Shown one piece after another: positions 10,072 through 17,745 of a stretch of 64,000 nt of DNA (positions are counted from its first letter, which is position 1; the number at the start of each line of letters is the position of its first letter). This DNA comes from an uncultured Eubacteriales bacterium (lineage in GTDB: Bacteria; Bacillota; Clostridia; Oscillospirales; UBA644), in NCBI GenBank assembly GCA_905207625.1, contig CAJLLT010000003.1, forward strand, positions 43,924 through 107,923, in the 5' to 3' direction. The notes beneath the pieces are model-generated. The model saw only the letters and a list, made by a program, of their open reading frames with translations. It was not told the origin of the DNA and made no database searches. A program made the position numbers and the translations under genes.

Positions 10072-10493
10072 AAAAAGAAATATGTCGGACGGTGTCGGAA
10101 AATTTCCCGGCGCCGTTTTTGTTGTCGGAAAATCTGGTACGGACAGGTAAAAATCCGAACTTACAGTGTCAAAAAACGTAATTTTACTTTTTTGGCGTTC
10201 CGGATTATGTGGCAATTCGATGAAAAAAAGAATCAGGAACGTTTTTTGGTGATTTTGCACAAGCGTTTTGAAAAGTAAAAAAAGTATGTACTCAATATAT
10301 AGATAAATGAGGGGATAATTGGCTTTTGACGCAATATATATGGTTGAAATTTTTAACCGACAGCAAAAGTGACAAAAAATCCACGGGTAAAATTGTCTAA
10401 AGTCGCTTGTTTAATATATGGTATTTTTAGTGTAAATGACGAAGAGTGCGTCCCGTTTTTCTCTTTTTCAAAGGGGGAAAGTCAGAAAAGTTA

Positions 10494-10522
10494 TTGACAT
10501 TGCCCGAAAAAATCATTATAAT
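10494..10522 (+). promoter_or_regulatory. Consensus sigma-A-type promoter of the envelope operon
   Basis: TTGACA (10494-10499), 17-bp spacer, TATAAT (10517-10522), about 90 nt upstream of the first gene. Confidence 0.7.
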
Positions 10523-10611
10523 TATCAGTACGAACCAATATGTTTGAATTGTAGGCGGCTCCTGCCGGCGTCGCCTGCCAGATGAATCAAGGAAAAGGAA
10601 GGTGCTTTGCA

Positions 10612-13509
10612 GTGCGAATCCGCAAAACAAGGGCCGTTGCGACGGCGCTCGCCGCAGTGTTGATGATGCAGATTTTCCCCGCCGCGACCCTGGCTGCTGC
10701 GTCTATCTCCGATACTACGACAAGCTCCGTATTCGTGCCTATATACGCCGAGGGCTCTTACGGCGAATATCTGCAGAATTACGCCAGAGAGAAAACCCCG
10801 ACGACAAAAATAAATCTTGACATCACCGACTTCGAAGGCAGCGAAAACGTCACCGTCGAAACCGTTGAGGGAAGAGAAAATGTCGTTGTCACCCAGGAGG
10901 ACAGCGTTATTACCTACAGGATCAACGTCGAATCCTCCGGACTTTACGCCATCGGCATCAATTATTATCCCATGGAGGGCAAGAGCGCCCACATACAGAG
11001 ACGGATACTGGTAAACGGTGAACTGCTTTATTCCGAAGCCGGAACGGCGATGATCCCCCGTCGGTTTGTGGATGACGTTGCCGATCCTTCGGATAAGGAA
11101 AACTACTTCCCCACCGACACTCTGGGCGGACAAGTAAGACCGGCTCAGAAAGAGATCCGGAAGTGGTTCGATGATGAGTATTTCATTGATTCCTCCGGTG
11201 TTTACGGTACCCCTCTGAAGTTTTATCTGGACAGAGGCGAAAACACGATTACCTTCGAGTCCATCCGGGAACCTCTGGCATATTCCGAGATGTGGATATG
11301 CGGCTATGAGGAGACCCAGTCCTACGAGGATATGCTGCTGAACAATTCCCAGTTCACCGCTTCCGGAGACCGGATAATGGCCACAGCTCAGGCGGAGATG
11401 CCCTCCTCAAAATCCAGTTCCTCCCTTGTTGCCGGTACTGATAAATCCTCTTCCGCCACCGTACCTTCCAGCAGCGGAAGCACGAAGCTCAACATTATGG
11501 GAAGCCTTTACGGCGAACCTACATGGGAAGCCGCCGGCGAGTGGGTCGAGTATACCGTGAATGTTGAAGAGGCCGGTCTTTACAAACTGGTCCTGCGTTC
11601 CCGGCAGAATGTAAATACGGGTATGTTTTCCAGCCGTGAGATAACGGTAAACGGGGAGAAACCCTATAAAGGCATGACAGCCACCCAGTTCGCCTACAGT
11701 TCTTCCTGGCAGTTTGTAACTCCCTGTGACGAGTACGGAGACCCTCTGCTCTACAAATTTAATAAAGGCGAGAACACTATCCGGATCAAAGTCGTTTACG
11801 GCGCGATGAGCGAAGTTATAAACGCGGTGGACTCCGTTATAGAAAAACTGAATGCGGACTACCGTCGTCTGCTGATGATAATCGGTTATTCCCCCGACCT
11901 CTATTACGATTATGAGCTTGATCAGAACGCCCCCGAGGTGGTCGCAGACCTCAAGGCTCAGGCGGATGTTCTGAAAAGGATCTACAACGAGGTTATTTCC
12001 GTTACCGGAGAGCTCGGAGAACTGACCGCTCAGTTGCAGTCTCTTTACAGTGCGCTTTACAGCATGTATGAGAATCCCGACAGTATTCCCGCAAACTTTG
12101 CAAACCTTTCCACCAACATTGGTACTCTCGGTCAGTGGCAGTCCAACATCAGCTCTCAGCCCCTTGAATTGGACTACATAATGGTTACCGAAAAGGATTA
12201 CACCCCCGGAAAAGCGGAAAACGGCTTTTTTGCGGATCTGGGACATCAGATCCAGCTGTTTTTCTCCTCTTTCTTTACCGATGTCAATGCCATTTCCAGT
12301 TCCAACGCCAGCGAGTATACCAATAAAATAAAGGTATGGATGACTTCCTCCAGAGATGAAGCGACCATCCTCCGCTCTCTTATCGACCGTACTTTTGTTG
12401 AGCAGAACAAGGTCTATGTTCAGCTTGACTTGGTCAATGACGGAGCCATATACCCCTCCATTCTTGCACAGATAGGACCGGATGTGGTTCTGGATCAGGC
12501 TTCCCCGATAGGTCTTGCATGTCGTAATGCGCTCCAGGATCTTAACGGTTTTGAAAATATCGAAGAGGTAAAGAGCTGGTTCCTGCCCGAGGCTTTTGTC
12601 GGTCTGACCCTTGACTGGGACGAAGAAAGATCCGGTCTTTACGGTCTCCCCACCACGGAAAGCCTTCTGATGGCGTTTTACCGTGAGGATGTCTTTAAGG
12701 AACTCGGTGTTGAAATTCCCAAGACCTGGGATGAGGTTTATGAAATACTGATTCCTCTTCTGCAGAAAAGAAACATGCAGCTGCTGGCGCCTTCCTATGA
12801 GCTGCTTCTGTATCAGAACGGAGGAAGCTATTACCGCAACAACGGTACCTATACCGATATAGATTCCGCTGTCGGCATATCCTCCTTTATTGAGTGGACG
12901 GACTTTTATGTGGCGTATAAGAGCCCCATTACCGCCAACTTTGACAACCGTTTCCGTTACGGTGAAATGCCCTACGGTCTTCAGGATATAAGCTACTACG
13001 GCACGATCAGCCTGTTCGCTCCCGAAATAGTCGGACTCTGGACTATCGGTCAGGTTCCCGGAAAAGTCAGGGAGGACGGCTCGGTCTACAACAGCGTCGG
13101 CTATTCCACCAAGTGCGACATAATGCTTGACTGCTCAAAGGATAAGGAAAGCGCGTGGAAGTTTATGGTATGGCGCGCAACGGCCGATACCCAGGCTTCT
13201 CTCGCAAGAGATATGGAAAGCCTTCTCGGCGTCGGCGGACGCAGATACTCGGCAAACACCGAAGCACTTCAGCAGGGTAACTGGACCGCAGCTGAACTCA
13301 AGGCAATAATGGCTCAGAGAGAAAACGTTTATGCTATCCCCAGCTACGTCGGAACATATCTGATGGACCGTTACATAACCATGACCTTCAACTCCGTGGT
13401 AAATGACGATAAGGATGTGCGTGAAACTCTCCTGGACTACATAAAAGAAATCAACGACGAGATCGTCCGTAAACGTGAAGAATACGGCATCAAAGTCTAT
13501 ACTGACTGA
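10612..13509 (+). CDS. Giant secreted ABC substrate-binding protein: two CBM-like modules, helical spacer, C-terminal family-1 SBP core
   Basis: GTG 10612 lies 9 nt after AAGGAAGG and gives signal peptide MRIRKTRAVATALAAVLMMQIFPAATLAAAS; the track ATG 10582 has no SD. Duplicated motif Y-x-[IV]-NVE-x-[SA]-GLY. The C-terminal 400 aa look like an extracellular solute-binding protein (KIKVWMTSSRDEA..., GLPTTES). Confidence 0.8.
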   Translation: MRIRKTRAVATALAAVLMMQIFPAATLAAASISDTTTSSVFVPIYAEGSYGEYLQNYAREKTPTTKINLDITDFEGSENVTVETVEGRENVVVTQEDSVITYRINVESSGLYAIGINYYPMEGKSAHIQRRILVNGELLYSEAGTAMIPRRFVDDVADPSDKENYFPTDTLGGQVRPAQKEIRKWFDDEYFIDSSGVYGTPLKFYLDRGENTITFESIREPLAYSEMWICGYEETQSYEDMLLNNSQFTASGDRIMATAQAEMPSSKSSSSLVAGTDKSSSATVPSSSGSTKLNIMGSLYGEPTWEAAGEWVEYTVNVEEAGLYKLVLRSRQNVNTGMFSSREITVNGEKPYKGMTATQFAYSSSWQFVTPCDEYGDPLLYKFNKGENTIRIKVVYGAMSEVINAVDSVIEKLNADYRRLLMIIGYSPDLYYDYELDQNAPEVVADLKAQADVLKRIYNEVISVTGELGELTAQLQSLYSALYSMYENPDSIPANFANLSTNIGTLGQWQSNISSQPLELDYIMVTEKDYTPGKAENGFFADLGHQIQLFFSSFFTDVNAISSSNASEYTNKIKVWMTSSRDEATILRSLIDRTFVEQNKVYVQLDLVNDGAIYPSILAQIGPDVVLDQASPIGLACRNALQDLNGFENIEEVKSWFLPEAFVGLTLDWDEERSGLYGLPTTESLLMAFYREDVFKELGVEIPKTWDEVYEILIPLLQKRNMQLLAPSYELLLYQNGGSYYRNNGTYTDIDSAVGISSFIEWTDFYVAYKSPITANFDNRFRYGEMPYGLQDISYYGTISLFAPEIVGLWTIGQVPGKVREDGSVYNSVGYSTKCDIMLDCSKDKESAWKFMVWRATADTQASLARDMESLLGVGGRRYSANTEALQQGNWTAAELKAIMAQRENVYAIPSYVGTYLMDRYITMTFNSVVNDDKDVRETLLDYIKEINDEIVRKREEYGIKVYTD

Positions 13510-13527
13510 AAGGAGGTCCCTGCGGAA

Positions 13528-14442
13528 ATGTCTTCACTGGCAAAAAAAGCTGCTGTCAGATCCGGTAGAAAGAAGAAATTCGGAAATCTTGATCTGATAA
13601 TATTCATGGGACCGTTCCTTGTGACCTTCTTCCTGTTCACGGTCGCTCCGGTCTTCGTTTCCTGGTTCGTGGGATTCACCAACTTCAATATGCTTGAATT
13701 TCCGGACTGGGTATGGTTTGACAATTACCAGCGTCTTCTGATCAATGACAGCCTTTTCTATACGGCTCTTCAGAATACACTGATAATCGCTGTTCTGGTC
13801 GGACCTCTGGGGTATATAATCAACTTCGCTTTCGCCTGGCTGATAAACGAAGTTCCCGCAAAGCCCCGTGCATTCCTGACCTTTCTGTTCTACGCTCCGT
13901 CCCTGGGCGGAGGATTCGGGTTCCTTTTCAATCTGCTTTTCTCCGGCGACCGTTACGGACTTCTCAACGGTTTCCTTCTCAGATTCGGACTGATAAATGA
14001 CCCGATACAGTTCTACGTTACAAAATCCTGGATGTATCCGATACTGCTCATAACCACCCTGTGGGGCGGACTCGGAACCACGTTCCTGACCTTTATCGCC
14101 GGCTTCCAGACCGTTGACCGTTCTCTTTACGAGGCGGGGGCTATGGACGGTATCAAAAACAGATGGCAGGAACTGTACTTCATTACTCTTCCCGCAATGC
14201 GCGGCGAGCTGATGTTCGGTGCCATTATGGCGGTTTCCACCGCATTCGGTGTGGATCCCTCGGGTCTGTTCGGAAATCCGTCTCAGGATTATTATATGTA
14301 CACGCTGTCGATGCACCTGAGTGACTACAGCGGACAGCGAATGGAGATGGGCTATGCCTGCGCAATAGCCACGATACTGTTCTTCCTGTCCTTTGCGATG
14401 AACAAGGTGTTCCAGTTCGTGATATCGAGAATAGGTAAGTAA
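13528..14442 (+). CDS. ABC transporter permease (CUT1/MalF-like), pair 1
   Basis: 304 aa, six TM segments, EAA loop YEAGAMDGIKNRWQELYFITLP. Confidence 0.9.
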   Translation: MSSLAKKAAVRSGRKKKFGNLDLIIFMGPFLVTFFLFTVAPVFVSWFVGFTNFNMLEFPDWVWFDNYQRLLINDSLFYTALQNTLIIAVLVGPLGYIINFAFAWLINEVPAKPRAFLTFLFYAPSLGGGFGFLFNLLFSGDRYGLLNGFLLRFGLINDPIQFYVTKSWMYPILLITTLWGGLGTTFLTFIAGFQTVDRSLYEAGAMDGIKNRWQELYFITLPAMRGELMFGAIMAVSTAFGVDPSGLFGNPSQDYYMYTLSMHLSDYSGQRMEMGYACAIATILFFLSFAMNKVFQFVISRIGK

Positions 14443-14455
14443 GGAGGTCGGAAAA

Positions 14456-15418
14456 ATGGCTGAAAAAATCAAAAAAGAAGACCTCCCCGAGCAGGAGTAC
14501 ATAGGTCTGTTCAAAAACAAACCGAAGTACGACTCAGAAGGCCGTGAGATTTACTACAAGAAAAAGAGACTGTTCAAACACCGTGTGAACCGCGGTGCGG
14601 GCGGCGACCTTGTGATGCTTATCTTCCTTGCCGTCGGCGGATGTTTTATGGCGTTCCCCCTGCTGTATACCGTAAGTAACTCCCTCAAGGATATTTCAGA
14701 GCTTTACAAATTCCCCCCCACTATGATAGTGCAGAACCCCACGGTCAAGAATTACACCGACCTGTGGAACGTTATGTCCAACACGCTCATACCGATCTCA
14801 AAGTACATTTTCAACACTCTGTTCATCACTGTGTCATGTACTTTCCTCCGTATAATTTCGGCGTGTATGTGCGCGTATCCGCTGTCCAAAAGACAGTTCA
14901 AGAGCAAGAAGCTTGTGTTCGGTCTGATCACGATCTCCCTGATGTTTGCCTCTCCCGCCGCTGCCACCGCTACATATATAATCATGGCACTGCTGGGTCT
15001 GGTGGATACTTTCTGGGTGTATCTGCTTCCCACTATGGGATCCGCCTTTGCCGTTTATCTGGTCAAGAACCATGTGGACGGCTTCCCGGATTCGGTTCTT
15101 GAGGCTGCCCGTATTGACGGTGCCGGAGAGTTCCGCATTTTCTGGCGCATACTCATGCCCGCGGTAAAACCCGCCTGGGTAACGCTTATAGTGTTCTGCG
15201 TTCAGGAGTATTGGGCTGCGGGATCAAGCGCATATATTTTCCGCGAAGAGCTGAAAACCCTGAACTACGCTCTGGGACAGATAACCGCCGTAGGTATCAC
15301 AAGAGCCGGCGTTGCAAACGCTATCGGTGTGGTAATGATGATAGTTCCCATTATAACCTTCATCGTATCCCAGAGTAACATTGTTGAGACCATGGCGTCC
15401 GCCGGTCTGAAGGATTGA
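14456..15418 (+). CDS. ABC transporter permease (CUT1/MalG-like), pair 1
   Basis: 320 aa, EAA loop LEAARIDGAGEFRIFWRILMP. Confidence 0.9.
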   Translation: MAEKIKKEDLPEQEYIGLFKNKPKYDSEGREIYYKKKRLFKHRVNRGAGGDLVMLIFLAVGGCFMAFPLLYTVSNSLKDISELYKFPPTMIVQNPTVKNYTDLWNVMSNTLIPISKYIFNTLFITVSCTFLRIISACMCAYPLSKRQFKSKKLVFGLITISLMFASPAAATATYIIMALLGLVDTFWVYLLPTMGSAFAVYLVKNHVDGFPDSVLEAARIDGAGEFRIFWRILMPAVKPAWVTLIVFCVQEYWAAGSSAYIFREELKTLNYALGQITAVGITRAGVANAIGVVMMIVPIITFIVSQSNIVETMASAGLKD

Positions 15419-15419
15419 G

Positions 15420-17054
15420 GTGGCGCAGATGAAGAAAAAACTACTGAAATCGGCTCTTGCTCTTACCATAGCCTTTGTTTCGGCTACGGTACTTGCAATA
15501 CCGTGCTTTGCCCTTCCTTATAATACGGAGATCACCTCCAACTATAACTACGATTATTGGAAATATGCCGTTGAGGCACCCGTGGCATATACCACCGAAA
15601 AGGTCTATTCCATGGAGGATCTTGGGCTCTCCGGACTGTTTCAGCCTGTGGATCTGTTTTCCCGCAACGGAAAGCTGTATGTCGTGGATCAGGCAGGAAA
15701 CCGGGTTCTTGTATATGACGAAAAGATGCAACTGATCTCTTCCATCAAGACTCTCCGGGATACCGACGACTATTCCATTCCTGCGCTGAACATGTCCTAT
15801 ACCAACGACAAGGGCGAGATCATCTACGATACGGAGATGACCAGTGCGGATAAATACTCCCTCAATGCCCCTGAAGGTATATATGTCACCGATGAAGACG
15901 TACTTTATATTGCCGATACGGAAAACCGCCGTGTGGTCGTCTGCGATATGTACGGAAATGTATCCAATATATATCAGCATCTGAAAGTATCCTTCATTTC
16001 GAATTTTGTATTCAAACCTCAGAAGATCACCGTTGACGGACTCGGAGCCATGCAGGTGATTGCGAAAAACGTCAACCGCGGTATGCTGGAGATCGATTCC
16101 GACGGCGTGTTCCAGACATTTATAGGAACTCCGAAGGTCACCGTTTCCGCAAGCGACTGGTTCTGGCGGTCGATAGCCTCTGAGGAACAGAAAAAGAACT
16201 TTGTGAAGTATGTTCCCACTCAGTACAGTAATATAACGACAGATAAAAGAGGCTTCATCTATTCGACCATCAGCACAATAGATTACAGCCAGCTCAAAAC
16301 CGCCGCCGGCGGCGGCTCCGTTTCCGGAAGTACCGCTCCGGTCGCGAAGCTCACTCCCGACGGTTCGGATATCATGCGGCGTCTGGGAGAGTTTCCGCCG
16401 ATGGGTGACGTTATCTTTACCGAAAGCGGAAGCCCGAAGATAGTCGACTGTGCCGTGGATAATGAAAGCGGTCTTTATACGATTCTCGACCAGGCTTCGG
16501 GAAGATTCTTCACTTACGACCAGGACGGGCGGCTGTTCTTTATCGGAGGCGGTTCCTCCAATGGTCAGTACGGAAGATTCAGGACCCCTACCTCCATAGT
16601 CTGTGACGGGGATTACATATATGTCTCGGACTCCGGAAACAAGACCATAACTTCCTTCTGCATGACCGACTACGCGAAACTTGTCCGGAGCGCTCTTGCC
16701 GCCGATTCCATCGGTGAGTTTGAATCCGCCTCCAAACTTTGGACAGAAGTCGCGGCCTACAACTCCAATCTTTACGTTGCCTATATCGGTATCGGCAAGG
16801 CGGAGATGAGATACGCGGCAAAACAGACCGATAAGGAAACCATGCTCGGTCACTACGAAAAGGCGATGTACTATTTCTCTCTCGCCAATGAGAAAACAAA
16901 TTATTCAAAGGCTTTCACCGCACTCAGAACCGAAAAACTTACCCAGTACTTTACCCTGATAGTTATAGTTGTACTGGTCATCATAGCCGGGATAATTGTT
17001 TTGTCCGTGATAAACAAGAGAAAATCAAAGAAGAAAGGAGCGGGAGCTGAATGA
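15420..17054 (+). CDS. Surface NHL-repeat beta-propeller protein with TPR-like tail and C-terminal TM anchor
   Basis: Signal peptide. Repeated NHL-like strings (GNRVLVYD, YIADTENRRVVVCD, YVSDSGNKTITSF). C-terminal FTLIVIVVLVIIAGIIVLSVI followed by a KRKSKKK stop-transfer. GTG 15420 lies 1 nt after the upstream stop; alternative ATG at 15429. Confidence 0.75.
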   Translation: MAQMKKKLLKSALALTIAFVSATVLAIPCFALPYNTEITSNYNYDYWKYAVEAPVAYTTEKVYSMEDLGLSGLFQPVDLFSRNGKLYVVDQAGNRVLVYDEKMQLISSIKTLRDTDDYSIPALNMSYTNDKGEIIYDTEMTSADKYSLNAPEGIYVTDEDVLYIADTENRRVVVCDMYGNVSNIYQHLKVSFISNFVFKPQKITVDGLGAMQVIAKNVNRGMLEIDSDGVFQTFIGTPKVTVSASDWFWRSIASEEQKKNFVKYVPTQYSNITTDKRGFIYSTISTIDYSQLKTAAGGGSVSGSTAPVAKLTPDGSDIMRRLGEFPPMGDVIFTESGSPKIVDCAVDNESGLYTILDQASGRFFTYDQDGRLFFIGGGSSNGQYGRFRTPTSIVCDGDYIYVSDSGNKTITSFCMTDYAKLVRSALAADSIGEFESASKLWTEVAAYNSNLYVAYIGIGKAEMRYAAKQTDKETMLGHYEKAMYYFSLANEKTNYSKAFTALRTEKLTQYFTLIVIVVLVIIAGIIVLSVINKRKSKKKGAGAE

Positions 17055-17734
17055 GCGCTGTACTCGGTCATCTGAAAAATTTCTGGCACGGTTTCGTGGA
17101 AATGCTTAAACGCGGGCTTTTTGCCTTCCAGATCTTCGGACACCCGTTCCAGGGCTTCTACGATCTTAAAAACGATCCCAAACGCAGATCCGTTCCGGCT
17201 GCCGTGATGTGGCTCGTTCTTCTGGGACTTTCCGCCATATTCCGTGAGTTGCTTACGGGTTATCTGTATTCCGAGAGCGAATACGCAAAGCTGAACATCA
17301 ATATCCCGGTAATCCTTCTTACTGCGGTATTGCCGTATCTGCTCTTCACCATATCCAACTGGTGCTTCACCTCTCTTATGGACGGTGACGGTTCCCTTAC
17401 GGATATCTTCTGCGCCACGGCTTTTGCGACTGTTCCCATGACCATCTGCAATATCATTGCGATTCCCGTAAGCAATTTTGCTTCCCTCGGCGAATCCAGC
17501 ACATATTCGTTCATTCTGACCATGGGATCCGTTCTGACATACCTCATGATCTTCCTCGGAATGATCCAGACTCATCAGTACTCCGTTGGTAAAGGTCTTG
17601 TAACCGCCGTTCTCACCATTGTGGGTATGGCTGTCATCGCCTTTATCGCCATACTTATCTTCTTCCTGATACAGCAGGTTGCGGGCTTCGTCGGAAGCCT
17701 GTACACGGAGATAAGCTACAGGCTTAACGAATAG
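17051..17734 (+). CDS. Yip1-domain-like five-TM membrane protein
   Basis: ATGA overlap with the NHL gene. 227 aa. N-terminal HPFQGFYDLKNDP followed by five hydrophobic helices, as I recall for bacterial YIP1 family proteins. Confidence 0.7.
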   Translation: MSAVLGHLKNFWHGFVEMLKRGLFAFQIFGHPFQGFYDLKNDPKRRSVPAAVMWLVLLGLSAIFRELLTGYLYSESEYAKLNINIPVILLTAVLPYLLFTISNWCFTSLMDGDGSLTDIFCATAFATVPMTICNIIAIPVSNFASLGESSTYSFILTMGSVLTYLMIFLGMIQTHQYSVGKGLVTAVLTIVGMAVIAFIAILIFFLIQQVAGFVGSLYTEISYRLNE

Positions 17735-17745
17735 GGGGCGAAGAA

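Noticed and set aside
10134-10493. Long AT-rich intergenic region scanned for CRISPR, tRNA or known ncRNA
   Set aside because: No repeats beyond the TGTCGGA boxes, no cloverleaf and no recognisable riboswitch core were found. It is most simply an extended promoter or UP region for the envelope operon.
15441-16853. 470-aa minus-strand ORF opposite the NHL-repeat gene
   Set aside because: Shadow ORF inside a tightly coupled plus-strand operon. It has no SD or start context, and the plus-strand product has a signal peptide, NHL repeats and a TM anchor.
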